Shown here in pieces: positions 18,581-31,330 of a DNA stretch of 64,000 bases. Positions within the stretch are counted from its first letter, which is position 1, and each line of letters opens with the position of its first letter. This DNA is from Candidatus Kapaibacterium sp. (GTDB lineage: Bacteria; Bacteroidota; Ignavibacteria; Kapaibacteriales; UBA2268). The translations under genes were made by a program, and so were the position numbers. A model generated the notes under the pieces. That model saw only the letters and a list, made by a program, of their open reading frames with translations. It ran no database searches and was not told the origin of the DNA. The stretch is taken from positions 2,240,001 to 2,304,000 of the forward strand of contig OY762428.1 in NCBI GenBank assembly GCA_963665665.1, written 5' to 3'.

Positions 18581-20971
18581 TCAGAAGTTTATCCTGTAGT
18601 ACAGGTAAGGAAGAAATCCGAGCTGATATTTTTTCTCGATCTGGTTGTTTTTTTCATCCCAGCTTTCGCGAAATACATTTTTGTGGTTCGTTACATTGTC
18701 AATGGCAAATGATATGTCGTGGGTGGTTGATTCCAGATTTATTACCAGCCCGAGTTTTATATCCGCCTGGAAGAAATTGTCGTACTGGTATTCGTAAGCC
18801 CTGGAAATATCCTTAACCTTATCGCCCTCAATTATACTTTGTTCCACGTCGATAGGAATACCCCTTCGGCCGCCGGTACTTGTCAGTTTGAAATTTGCTG
18901 TAAGAATATACTTCCTGTCCTCGTCCAGTTCAAATTCATAACCGCCGAGTATGTTGGCAATATGGCCCATATCAAATGTTGTGCTGCGTTCCACCCCAAG
19001 TGCATCAGTGTATTTTGATTTAATAAGCGAACCGGTGAACATCAGGTAATAGCCGTCCTCGAAGCTTTTGTTTGCGGTGATCTCTATACCATAGTTAATT
19101 CCCTTGCCCTTGTTTGCCAGGCTGTCGATGATATCCATTCCGAACTCCGCGCCAAGGTTTATCAGCGAGAGGTATTCTTTATTTGTTTTCAGGGACACGG
19201 GCACGTCATAAAGATACTGAACATATCCTTCTGCTTTAAAGTAAATGTTATCCAGCATAGTATTCTGATAACCCAATACTATATGATGGCTTTTGGTCAT
19301 ATCCAGGTCAAGATTGGGCTGCCTTTCACCGCTTTCATCATAGAACCTGAAGAAGTAGTGCATAAGCGGGTGTGTCTGGCTGTGCAGGCCGTATCCGAGC
19401 GATATATTCTGGTTTTCAGCAAACCTGTATATAGTTGAAAACCTCGGTTCAAGCGCCCAGCTGTCATTTAGCATGAAATACTGGAAATGTACACCCGTAT
19501 TGAAATCGAATAGGTCATTAGGGCGGTACTGCCAGTGAACGTATGACTGCATCAGGTTGGCGTCGCCCTTTTCGTTGAGTTTTTCTTCAAGTATATTATC
19601 ATCGTTCAATTTATCATATTTCAGGTTGAACGATTTGTAATTAAAACTGACTCCGGTTTTAAAAAGGTTTTTTGCCGAAGCCTTATGAATTACCTGGTAT
19701 CTCGCCATCAGGCTGTTTTCGTTTTGTTTGAAGGAATAATCACGCCAGGAGCTGTCCAATGTTACCATATCAGTTAGTGTGTTCATGAATGAACCCGAGG
19801 CTGACAGAATAAGTTCCCCAAAAGTTCTTTCCCCAAAGAAGAGTACATGATTCAGCCCTGCGGCATAAAGATCGGAACGGAGCTTAAAATCCTCGGCCTC
19901 GTTGGAGTCTTCCCAGTCGAAGTCATCTTCCTCGCTTTCGAAATTGTTCATTCCGCTTTTACCGCCAATAGCCCATAAAGAGATTTTACCGTAGTCTTCC
20001 GTCGGGAGGTTGATTTTAACAGTTCCGTCTAAGTATTCCGGGATAACGTCTGTATTTATATCAATACCCAGCGCTTTTATCGGTTGAAGAGACACAAAGC
20101 GGAAATTTGCAAGATAGGACGCCCTGCTGTCGGATGTAAAGGGGCCCTCGACTCCGAATTCAAGTCCGTTCATTCCTGCCTGGAAAGTCTGCTCGTATTG
20201 CTCGTTATTGCCGTTCCTGAGTTTGATATCGAAAACGCCTGCTGTTTTATTTCCGTATTCCGTCGGGAAAGCCCCGCTGATAAAATCGCTGCTTGCAAGC
20301 AGGTTATTGTTCAGAATTCCGAATATACCACCGCCGGCGCCCGCCTCCATAAAGTGGTTAGGGCTTGGCACATCAGCTCCGTCTATTCTCCAAAGGACGC
20401 CAAGTGGAGAGTTCCCGCGAATTATTATATCGTTCCTCATGCTGTTATTGGATGTAACACCAGCGCTGTTGGCGGCTGTTTTACTCGGGTCGTTCCTGGA
20501 ACCTGCGAACCTGAATATTGCCTCGGGCCTGAGTACTGTTGTGCTGGTTGTAGCGAATTCATTGATTACATCTGCAACATTTTTGTTTGCTGTTACCTTC
20601 ACTTCATCAGTCATCTGCGGGTTCTCGGTCAGTTTGATTTCAAGGTATGTTTCCTTACCGCTGATAACAACAATATTATCCAGTTTGTAAGGCTTATACG
20701 ACATCATATTTACCAGAATCGTATGCCTCCCAACAGGAATATTCTTCAGCTCAAATTCTCCTTCTTTTTTAGCGATTGCTCCCACAACCGGTTTTAGCGA
20801 TATTATTTGAACTTTAGCGCCGGGAACGGGTGTATTCAATGTTGCATCAAGCACAACACCCCTTACGGTCTGAGTTCGTTCTTCTGCCCGAGCGTTTATA
20901 TAAAAGAAGAATTGAAATAAAAATATTGATATCAATATAAGTTTCGGTTCTGTTATAAAAGTCTTTTTCAT
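18581..20971 (-). CDS. TonB-dependent receptor with carboxypeptidase-regulatory-like N-terminal domain
   Basis: Motifs QTVRGVVLD, NDIIIRGNSP and DFISGAFPTEYG, with terminal YRINF. Confidence 0.92.
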   Translation of the reverse strand: MKKTFITEPKLILISIFLFQFFFYINARAEERTQTVRGVVLDATLNTPVPGAKVQIISLKPVVGAIAKKEGEFELKNIPVGRHTILVNMMSYKPYKLDNIVVISGKETYLEIKLTENPQMTDEVKVTANKNVADVINEFATTSTTVLRPEAIFRFAGSRNDPSKTAANSAGVTSNNSMRNDIIIRGNSPLGVLWRIDGADVPSPNHFMEAGAGGGIFGILNNNLLASSDFISGAFPTEYGNKTAGVFDIKLRNGNNEQYEQTFQAGMNGLEFGVEGPFTSDSRASYLANFRFVSLQPIKALGIDINTDVIPEYLDGTVKINLPTEDYGKISLWAIGGKSGMNNFESEEDDFDWEDSNEAEDFKLRSDLYAAGLNHVLFFGERTFGELILSASGSFMNTLTDMVTLDSSWRDYSFKQNENSLMARYQVIHKASAKNLFKTGVSFNYKSFNLKYDKLNDDNILEEKLNEKGDANLMQSYVHWQYRPNDLFDFNTGVHFQYFMLNDSWALEPRFSTIYRFAENQNISLGYGLHSQTHPLMHYFFRFYDESGERQPNLDLDMTKSHHIVLGYQNTMLDNIYFKAEGYVQYLYDVPVSLKTNKEYLSLINLGAEFGMDIIDSLANKGKGINYGIEITANKSFEDGYYLMFTGSLIKSKYTDALGVERSTTFDMGHIANILGGYEFELDEDRKYILTANFKLTSTGGRRGIPIDVEQSIIEGDKVKDISRAYEYQYDNFFQADIKLGLVINLESTTHDISFAIDNVTNHKNVFRESWDEKNNQIEKKYQLGFLPYLYYRINF

Positions 20972-20987
20972 TGTTTTTTCCTATTCA

Positions 20988-21578
20988 TCAAACATTAACT
21001 ACAACATCATCCGGACTGTCAAATTTACCAACGTAGGAAGTAATAATTGCCGCGCCCACCCTTGCCAGATTCTGTATAAGATACTGGTCGCTGTTTTCCT
21101 TCTGAATGCCTACGCAAATCATGCTTGCAAGGCCGTTCACATAAGTCCACATATCCATGAATAATTTACCGACTTCTTCTTCAGGCATATCACTGAAATC
21201 CGTATCAAGCGACATCCTGTATTTTATGAATTCAAAGAAATCCATGGAAATATCATTGAAATTGTTTTCCTCAAGGAAAAGAGCCCTGAATAAATTTTTC
21301 TCGTCGCGGGCAAAACGCACGAAACCAACCCCGATATTAAGGAATATCTTATCGGTATAATCCTTTGTTGAGTACTCGATAAGGATATTATGAGCCATTT
21401 TCAGCACGGCTTTTTTCATTTCATCTGTCGATTTGAAACAACTGTATATAGGCGCCACCGAGGATTTCAATATCTTTGATACTGTTCTTGCGCTTACCGA
21501 TCCCAATCCCTGTTCCCTTGTTATTTCCAAGGCCGCTGCTATTACTTTGTCCTTTGGGAATGTTAATTTCGGAGACAT
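20988..21578 (-). CDS. TetR/AcrR family transcriptional regulator
   Basis: HTH segment AALEITREQGLGSVSARTVSKILKSSVAPIYSCF. Confidence 0.92.
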   Translation of the reverse strand: MSPKLTFPKDKVIAAALEITREQGLGSVSARTVSKILKSSVAPIYSCFKSTDEMKKAVLKMAHNILIEYSTKDYTDKIFLNIGVGFVRFARDEKNLFRALFLEENNFNDISMDFFEFIKYRMSLDTDFSDMPEEEVGKLFMDMWTYVNGLASMICVGIQKENSDQYLIQNLARVGAAIITSYVGKFDSPDDVVVNV

Positions 21579-21594
21579 AAATTCCTTCTTTCAG

Positions 21595-21772
21595 TATAAC
21601 ACGTGTTATGTATAATATAATATTATTTGTCAATTTTTCAGATAAAATACAAGAATATCGCCGCAGGCAATCATAGTAGCCTGAATAATAACTATATAAC
21701 AAGATTCTTAATATTTTTGATCAATTCATTAAATCGCCTGAGTCAACCAATACGAATATAACACCTGTTATA
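21595..21772. promoter_or_regulatory. Two copies of a palindromic operator TATAACAC(G/C)TGTTAT upstream of the TetR gene
   Basis: ATAACACGTGTTAT is a perfect palindrome at 21596-21609, and TATAACACCTGTTATA lies at 21757-21772. Confidence 0.72.
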
Positions 21773-22035
21773 ATGCAAAGCAAATATTTTTTGATTAGGC
21801 CCGGGATTTTATGACACTATTAATAAAAATTATCTACCCGAGACTATTTTATAAAGCATTTCCAATCATATTAAAAAGAGATATTATCATTATATCAATT
21901 CCTTTTTCCGAAAAATGATTTGCAATATATCCTATCAGAAACATCATAAAAGTTGCTACCTTAAATATTGGCTGAATTTATATTATTTATTATATTGGAA
22001 ATTGAGAAATAAACAATAATAATAAGAGATATATT

Positions 22036-22827
22036 ATGTATAGATCAGGTAAAATTTATATTGAAAATGCCCTGAAGGAAATAAAGCAGATAGCTTCAAT
22101 ACTCTGGAAAAAAGGCTGGGCAGAAAGAAATGCAGGAAATATTTCACTTTTAGTTGATGAGGATATGGGATTTTCTGAATTCGAAGAGCAGGCTTCCGGA
22201 AAGATTAATATCAGCTGTCCCGCACTTGCCGGTAAATATATCATTATCAGCATAAGCGGCAGCAGAATGCGCGACCTGGCAAAAGACCCGCTGAATAATC
22301 TCTGCCTGATAAAGATATCCGCCGATGCAAAGGCATATCATCTGTCCTACTCCGGCATGTTCTGTTCTGATGGCAACCCGACATCTGAATTGTCCTCACA
22401 TCTTGCTATTTACCAAAAGAAGATTGAAGAGAACAAGCCGGTGAAAGCTATTGTTCACGCCCATGCAAGAGAGATAATTATACTGTCTCACAAGCCGGAA
22501 ATAAACAACTCGGATGATTTTAACAAAATATTGTGGGGTTCACATCCCGAAGCAGTAGTGTTCCTGCCTGACGGTGCTGCCTTTGTTCCTTATAAAACTC
22601 CCGGCAGCGACGAAATAGCTACAGATACTTACAATAGAATTGAAGGGAAAAGCCTGGCTGTATGGGAAGGCCACGGAAGCCTTGCTTTTGCAAATACCCC
22701 CATGGAGGCTTTCGACCTGATTGATATAGCGGCAAAAGCATCTGATATTTATCTTCGCTGCCTTTCCGCCGGATACGAACCAAAATACTTATCTGAAGAA
22801 GAGCAGCAGAAACTAAGGGAACTTTAA
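22036..22827 (+). CDS. rhaD: Rhamnulose-1-phosphate aldolase (class II aldolase)
   Basis: Motifs GWAERNAGNIS, PTSELSSHL, VHAH, HPE and WEGHG. Confidence 0.85.
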   Translation: MYRSGKIYIENALKEIKQIASILWKKGWAERNAGNISLLVDEDMGFSEFEEQASGKINISCPALAGKYIIISISGSRMRDLAKDPLNNLCLIKISADAKAYHLSYSGMFCSDGNPTSELSSHLAIYQKKIEENKPVKAIVHAHAREIIILSHKPEINNSDDFNKILWGSHPEAVVFLPDGAAFVPYKTPGSDEIATDTYNRIEGKSLAVWEGHGSLAFANTPMEAFDLIDIAAKASDIYLRCLSAGYEPKYLSEEEQQKLREL

Positions 22828-22950
22828 CGCGCAGGTTCCTGAACTTATTCTATATGTGCAAGTTCTTTTTAACTATCATAGCAGTGAATAGTTTCAAAAT
22901 CTGACTTTGCAGTAAATTAGCATTGTTCCATTGTTCTTAAAAATTCCTTC

Positions 22951-23062
22951 GTCATTTCCCGACACGTCCCCGATAAATCGGGGCAAGCAGGGTGCAGGCT
23001 GAACGTAGTGAGCAATCTTGTAGTAATGGGTTGATGGATTCCTTGTTGCGCTCAAAACAACA
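22951..23062. repeat. Degenerate copy of the TGTCA-TC...GA-TGACA repeat with an internal CCCCGATAAATCGGGG hairpin
   Basis: GTCATT... and GGATTCCTTGTTGCGCTCAAAACAACA resemble the arms of the copies at 38052, 57450 and 60720. Confidence 0.45.
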
Positions 23063-23218
23063 GTTTTTCAAACATTTGAGGCAATTCCTGGAAGCACAAA
23101 GAGCTTCAAATTATTTTAATAATTTGTCCATTTTAATTTCCAGAGATCAGCTGTTATGCAAAACAAAACCCATTGATTAACAACGGGTTTCTTTTCAATA
23201 TTAAATTTAATTGGAAGA

Positions 23219-26056
23219 TCAATCCACAACTACCATCATTCTGTGGCACCTGTTGGATTTAGAATTCACATATTTTCCATTTTTGGCCAATCCAATATCA
23301 AGAAAATACCTTCCGGGAGTATTCACAACAGGCAGATGTATAATAAGCCTGGCAAAGTACCCCGGTTCAATTATTTTTTTGTGCCCCTTCAACCCGATTG
23401 TTTTAAAATTATTTTCCAGAATATAATCATACCACGAAACTGATACAGAAATATCATTATTAGCAAGATCGATTGTTTCCGAACCCGTATTAGTAATAAT
23501 CAGAGGAACTTTCATGATATCACCGGCTTTCTTTCCGGCTTTGAAAAAATTATAATTGGAAGCAATTTTTAAATCATAGTCGAATCCGCTTCCGGGTTCA
23601 TCAACTTCAAGCCTGTTGTTTTCATTTGCACTGCCGAGAACCATGGCAGAGATCAATTGCAGCCCTTTCAGCTTGTTCGGCTTTTCTATTTCGCGTTCCA
23701 ATCCGGAATAGAATTTTAAACCGTCACATTTCTTTACATCAATACTGTCCGGCAAATGAATTTTATAAATATTCGTATCGCAAGGTATCTGCTTGTTGAA
23801 CAATTCAATACCCGAGCAAATTATTTTCAGATTTTTCGGAGAGCCGGAATTATTATTAACACTGAACTTAAATGTTGTATAATTCTCATTTGCCTTCATA
23901 GGCATTTTTATCAATGCCGTTCCGTTTATCCACCCCTTTCCATTGACATTATCGGAAAAGAATCCCTTCTTTACAACACCAACAATATTATTGTCCAATA
24001 AATTCAGGCCAATATAGCAGGGAATTTGAGTATTATTTTTTTCCGCAGTTGAATTGGCTGCCCATAGAATACTGTTTCCTCCATATTCAATATCCAGTGG
24101 AAAATAGTTACCGCAATCAGGAAATTTTAAATGGTTGGACAACATGTAGTCCTCTGAAATCATCATGTTTTCATTTCGTTTTTTCTGAAATGAATTCTTA
24201 AATGAACTATTCCCTTTGTAATGAATATGTATGCCTGGCAACCTGTATTTATACATATAAGTATCCGGGGACTTATTGCCTGCCATACATACAGCAGATT
24301 TAACATCCGGGATATCATACAGTGTATTAATAATATTGGTAATTTTTTGTTTCTCGAACTGGTGATACTGAATTACATACCTGTAGGTAAAAATTGAAAA
24401 TGATAAAAATGCAAGGGTAAGGACGATACCGCCAAAATTGAAATTTTTGCTGAATAATATCGAAATTATAATAAGGGCAAGAAGCATTATACCGAGGTAA
24501 ATCAGAATATCAATTGTGCCAAAAACAGCCCTTGGCGCAAAGAAGCTTAGGAAATTCCTGAATGATGGCTCTGAATCAATAAAATTACCATAAAGGGCAA
24601 TTATTCCAAAAGCAGATATAATCATCACGACAAGTGAAGTGAAAATCCGGAAAAATCCGTTTTCAATTTCAGTATCTTCAATAAAGCCGTATATACCCAT
24701 AGCTAAAAATGGAGCAAGAAATACTTCCACGTACCTTCCGTAGAACAAAAGGTCAGGCCTGATAGAATCAAGGGATTTAATAATTGGGATAGTTGTGGCA
24801 AAAATTCCTACTGCCGTTGCAAACAGGAACATCAGGGCTATAGCCTCATCCGAGTATGCTCCCTTATATTTGTTTCTGTTGTTCCATACGAACACAAAAA
24901 TGCCGAGAAAACCCAGCAGAAATATTCCCCATGTTGAAAAGCTGAGATAAAATACTCTGCTGAGAAGATTGGTTGACCATGTAACCAAAATCGTAAAATT
25001 GTCTTTTACATAGTTTAATTCGGGAAACAATATATAGGCAAGGAATGCACCTGAAATTGTTATCAGAATAACCTGCCATGAAACGGGTTTAATATTTTCC
25101 TTGCCCTGATTTACCAGCAGGGTATATATAAGAGTTGCAACCGGCAGGAAAATAAAGAACAATGATATGCTTGACAATACACCGAAAATCCATCCGCTAA
25201 CGAAACCGGCAAGCATAGCCCATTTCTTCTTCTTTATCAGCCAGGATGTTCCCAATACGAACATAGCAAATAAAAGCAGGTCATAGATCAGGCTTATATG
25301 ATTTTGTATATTGCTCCCAAAAGCGCCACGCCCTGCAATCATGTTTGCAAGAACATTGCTGTATATTAAAGTTAATGTAGTAAAAACGGCTATCAGGATA
25401 ATCGGAACAATTCCCACAACTGCAGGCAGCCTTTTCCTGTAAACCAAATAGCCAAGGGTAACAATTGCGATAGGAATTATGGGCAGAGCCCGTACATCCA
25501 CAGATAAAAAATAGGATGTTATTAACGAGAGAACTATTGAATAAAATATTGTTCTGCGCTTTATTAAGTAAATAAACGAAAGTATGTTGAATACATATAT
25601 TGTCGGAAGAATAGCATCAGACCATGCCATGTTGGATTGGAGCATAAATGCCGGGTAAAGGCTCGTAATAAAAGAAGTTATCGCTGCCTGAGAAGGTTTT
25701 GAATTGAATAAAACCCTTAACATCAGAAAAAGCCCGATGTAAATACCCGAAGCCAGAATTGAATTTATTACTATAGCTGTTTGGTATGCCCCTACAGGCC
25801 CGGAATTAAATAGAAAAGCCGGAGATATCAGGAGTGAATATCCGAATCCTCCAATAAGGCCGCCATTGGGCACAAAAGGCATATCCGTTCCGGTAAAATA
25901 TTGTGCAAGCGCCAGGTAGGAAAATTCATCCGGGGCTACAACCGGAACCTCCATGTAAAGCCCCATGATAATATGTCCGATCACGAGAATCAGAAATGGT
26001 ATAATAAGCAAGGATATATTGTTATTTTTCATTGCCAACCCGAAATAATATTTCAA
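23219..26056 (-). CDS. Large polytopic membrane protein, GT-C (PMT/family 39-like) glycosyltransferase with a periplasmic C-terminal domain
   Basis: APDEFSY follows TM1. Also GYSLLISP, more than 12 TM helices, GRY, and a soluble Ig-like C-terminus. The start codon is uncertain. Confidence 0.65.
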   Translation of the reverse strand: MKYYFGLAMKNNNISLLIIPFLILVIGHIIMGLYMEVPVVAPDEFSYLALAQYFTGTDMPFVPNGGLIGGFGYSLLISPAFLFNSGPVGAYQTAIVINSILASGIYIGLFLMLRVLFNSKPSQAAITSFITSLYPAFMLQSNMAWSDAILPTIYVFNILSFIYLIKRRTIFYSIVLSLITSYFLSVDVRALPIIPIAIVTLGYLVYRKRLPAVVGIVPIILIAVFTTLTLIYSNVLANMIAGRGAFGSNIQNHISLIYDLLLFAMFVLGTSWLIKKKKWAMLAGFVSGWIFGVLSSISLFFIFLPVATLIYTLLVNQGKENIKPVSWQVILITISGAFLAYILFPELNYVKDNFTILVTWSTNLLSRVFYLSFSTWGIFLLGFLGIFVFVWNNRNKYKGAYSDEAIALMFLFATAVGIFATTIPIIKSLDSIRPDLLFYGRYVEVFLAPFLAMGIYGFIEDTEIENGFFRIFTSLVVMIISAFGIIALYGNFIDSEPSFRNFLSFFAPRAVFGTIDILIYLGIMLLALIIISILFSKNFNFGGIVLTLAFLSFSIFTYRYVIQYHQFEKQKITNIINTLYDIPDVKSAVCMAGNKSPDTYMYKYRLPGIHIHYKGNSSFKNSFQKKRNENMMISEDYMLSNHLKFPDCGNYFPLDIEYGGNSILWAANSTAEKNNTQIPCYIGLNLLDNNIVGVVKKGFFSDNVNGKGWINGTALIKMPMKANENYTTFKFSVNNNSGSPKNLKIICSGIELFNKQIPCDTNIYKIHLPDSIDVKKCDGLKFYSGLEREIEKPNKLKGLQLISAMVLGSANENNRLEVDEPGSGFDYDLKIASNYNFFKAGKKAGDIMKVPLIITNTGSETIDLANNDISVSVSWYDYILENNFKTIGLKGHKKIIEPGYFARLIIHLPVVNTPGRYFLDIGLAKNGKYVNSKSNRCHRMMVVVD

Positions 26057-26209
26057 ACATGTTCAATATAAACGTAAATACTAAGTCAAGATTATATTAT
26101 TTACGAATATATAAGATAACAAAAAAATAATTAAATCTGAAAATCAAGTTAAATCTTCGTAAAATAATATATTTCAATTATTTTTGTATTGAAAGGAATA
26201 TTGAACCAA

Positions 26210-26857
26210 ATGATAGAATTTAAAGATATATATCAAAAATATAAGGGCAGGGAGCTTTTCGGCGGGCTAAACCTTTTTATTGAAAAGGGCGAAAAAGTTG
26301 TTCTGAGCGGCTCGTCCGGTTCGGGGAAGAGCACGCTGCTTGCTTTTGCAATGGGATTTCTGCTGCCGGACAAAGGAACTATTGTTATTAACGATTTGCA
26401 TTTGAACGCAAAAAATATTGATGAAATCAGATATCTGATGGCATGGCTGCCGCAAAACACTACATTTGCAGGAGAGGGAATTGTACGTGAAGCCATAATG
26501 AAACCCTTTAGTTTCAGATTGAATAAATCCGTTACTCCATCGGAAAAAACTATTCGTTCAGGACTTGAAAAAATCGGGCTTGAGCAGGATATTCTTGATT
26601 CAAAATTCGACGATATTTCCGGAGGCGAAAAACAGAGAATCGGTATACTTACCTGCTCGCTGCTGAACAGGCCGATAATGATTCTTGACGAACCTACGTC
26701 CGCCCTTGACGAAATGTCTATTGCGCTGGTTACTGATTTCATTCTTTCAGCCCCGGACAGGACGGTTCTGTCAACCTCGCATGAGAACCTGTGGGTAAAT
26801 GCCTGCGATAAAATTGTAAAAGTTGGCCCAAACGGAGGTGAAAATGGGATCAATTGA
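26210..26857 (+). CDS. ABC transporter ATP-binding protein (FetA/YbbL-like)
   Basis: Motifs GSSGSGKST, ISGGEKQR and LDEPTSALD. Adjacent to a UPF0014 permease. Confidence 0.88.
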   Translation: MIEFKDIYQKYKGRELFGGLNLFIEKGEKVVLSGSSGSGKSTLLAFAMGFLLPDKGTIVINDLHLNAKNIDEIRYLMAWLPQNTTFAGEGIVREAIMKPFSFRLNKSVTPSEKTIRSGLEKIGLEQDILDSKFDDISGGEKQRIGILTCSLLNRPIMILDEPTSALDEMSIALVTDFILSAPDRTVLSTSHENLWVNACDKIVKVGPNGGENGIN

Positions 26858-27632
26858 TATAAGCTGGCTGAACCTCGCGCTGGGATGCCTGTGCCTGATA
26901 GTTCCGATTGGAATACTTAGCTATTTCAAAACCGGGCTTGGCAAAGCGGCTCTCGGAGCTTACGCCAGGATGACAGGACAGCTTGTTCTGGTAGGGCTAT
27001 ACCTCGGGGTGGTATTCGATTATAATTCCATATATGTAAATGCCGCCTGGGTAATATTGATGATAGTTGCAGCTTCGTTTACGATTGTTCAGCGCACAGA
27101 GCTGAAAAAGAAATATTTTCTTCTTCCGGTTATGTCCGGAGTAATAGCCGGAACGGTATTTACCGGCGCTATATTTCTATTTCTTGTTATAGGCCCCGAC
27201 GAATTCTTCAACGCGAGATACATAATCCCGATAACCGGGATGATAATCGGCAACTGCCTGAACAGCTCAATAATCGGTATTCGCTCTTTTTATAAATCCA
27301 TTGATAAGGAATACGAAAGATATAAATACTTCCTGATGAGCGGAGCCGACAGGAAGGAAGCGCTCTTCGATTTTATGAGCGAGGCGCTGAAGTCTGCATT
27401 CGGCCCCAGCGTAGCTTCAACTGCAACTATCGGGCTAATCTGGCTGCCGGGAATGATGACAGGCCAGATACTTGGCGGCAGCGACCCCATGCTTGCCATT
27501 AAATACCAGGTGCTTATAGTTGCTTCAATTTTTGCCGGGGCTTCGCTGACAGTTTTTACTTCAATAAGTATTTCCCGCAAACTTGCATTTGATGATTTCG
27601 GGATGATAAACAGGAATGTTTTCGGGAAGTGA
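26844..27632 (+). CDS. UPF0014/FetB (YbbM)-like ABC permease
   Basis: Motifs RMTGQLVLVG, YIIPITGMIIGN and LPGMMTGQILGGSDPMLAIKYQ. GGAGG RBS. Confidence 0.9.
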   Translation: MGSIDISWLNLALGCLCLIVPIGILSYFKTGLGKAALGAYARMTGQLVLVGLYLGVVFDYNSIYVNAAWVILMIVAASFTIVQRTELKKKYFLLPVMSGVIAGTVFTGAIFLFLVIGPDEFFNARYIIPITGMIIGNCLNSSIIGIRSFYKSIDKEYERYKYFLMSGADRKEALFDFMSEALKSAFGPSVASTATIGLIWLPGMMTGQILGGSDPMLAIKYQVLIVASIFAGASLTVFTSISISRKLAFDDFGMINRNVFGK

Positions 27633-27792
27633 CAGTGCTTGTTAATTTGTTATATTTCTTGTAAATCGTATTGTTTGGAGATAAATCCCTGATTTGCTAT
27701 ATTATAGAAAACTTCTATGAATTACAAGTAATATCGTTGTTATATCAATAAAATTTACTATGCAACTTTCAAAAACCAATTGAGTAAAAAAT

Positions 27793-28374
27793 ATGAAGTA
27801 TTTTGATATTATTGGACCGGGATTATTTATAATTTTTCTTGCATTATTTTCATATTTTCTATTAGGAATAACAGGCCCTATAATTATTGGTGGCGCCGGC
27901 ACAGGAGGATTTATTCTATATTTGAAAACTGGTTACAAGTATCGATTCGACACTTCAAAGATAATTGTATCATATTTGCTTTCTGTTGTATTCTTCATTA
28001 TCCACGTGTACGAAGAGTATATTTTTGGTTTTGAACATATTGTCTCAGATTTAAGTCATAGCCATGTATCGCAGCAAAGTTTTCTGACATTTGCCGGTTT
28101 TTTCGGCCCTGCAATGTGGGTATCAGGAGCAATTTTGATAATTAAGCGTTGGGCTCTGGGGTACTATTTTCTGGGATTTTTCTTTGTTGCCATGACCGTT
28201 GCTGAACTTACTCATTTTATTTTTCCGTTTATTCTATACGGGGAATGGAAATATACTGCTGGTGTTGCTACTGCTGCAATACCATTAATTCCTGCCTGGT
28301 ACGGATTAATTATTACTCTGAAGGAAACTCAGAAAATGAGAAAAGAAAAGGAAGAAGCAGAAAATGAAGACTAG
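27793..28374 (+). CDS. HXXEE-domain membrane protein
   Basis: IHVYEEY motif in a multi-TM protein. Confidence 0.75.
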   Translation: MKYFDIIGPGLFIIFLALFSYFLLGITGPIIIGGAGTGGFILYLKTGYKYRFDTSKIIVSYLLSVVFFIIHVYEEYIFGFEHIVSDLSHSHVSQQSFLTFAGFFGPAMWVSGAILIIKRWALGYYFLGFFFVAMTVAELTHFIFPFILYGEWKYTAGVATAAIPLIPAWYGLIITLKETQKMRKEKEEAENED

Positions 28375-28555
28375 ATTATTGATATTTCTTCTTTTGATCA
28401 TTGTTTCACTGCCATTAAGGCTGAAAGCTCATACAAGTATGGAATCCGATCCGGGAATTATTTCCAACCTGTTAGCATTAGGAATAGTATTGTTATCAAT
28501 TGTCATTTTTCTTGTAGTAAATAAATTGAAAAGTAAGAAACGAAGAAAATCTTAA
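28364..28555 (+). CDS. Small hypothetical membrane protein
   Basis: Overlaps the previous stop codon. It has a signal-like segment, a TM helix and a basic tail. Confidence 0.5.
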   Translation: MKTRLLIFLLLIIVSLPLRLKAHTSMESDPGIISNLLALGIVLLSIVIFLVVNKLKSKKRRKS

Positions 28556-28990
28556 ATATCCGAATATCTAAACGATGATATATGCATTGCCGTTTTTTCA
28601 AGCCTGCTTATGTCCCCGGAACTTCCTGCAATATTTTAAAATATTTCAATCACAGGAATACTGAGAACTCTTTTTTTTCCATATTCCAATTTTTATCCCC
28701 TGGTATAAATTAGTGAACAGCCCGGTAACTTTTTAAAGAATTATATTGCTCTTCGGTAAAATATATTTGCCGCCTGGTAAATATTTGTGCAGTGCTTGGA
28801 AATTGTTGGGAAGCCATATCTTACAAATAAAAACACCACGATTACATAATCCGGTTTTACTTTGTATATTCCGCAAACATTTCAAAAACTATTTTAATTA
28901 TTCCGAAAGATTGTTATTTTACGCATTGTATTGAAAGAAGAAAATCAACCTACTATCACATAAAGTACACATTTTCTACACCCATTATAA

Positions 28991-31228
<2,238 letters not shown>

Positions 31229-31247
31229 TTCCTAATATTCAAAATTA

Positions 31248-31281
31248 TAAAGCCCGGCGCATTAATATGTGCCGGGCTTTA
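31248..31281 (+). terminator. Terminator after icd
   Basis: TAAAGCCCGGCGC-loop-GTGCCGGGCTTTA. Confidence 0.8.
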
Positions 31282-31302
31282 TTAGTATGTCAAACCTTGA
31301 GG

Positions 31303-31330
31303 AAAAAAAAAGGAGGCTAAGAAGCCTCCT
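31303..31330 (-). terminator. Minus-strand Rho-independent terminator
   Basis: The minus strand reads AGGAGGCTTCTTAGCCTCCT followed by a T tract. Confidence 0.8.
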
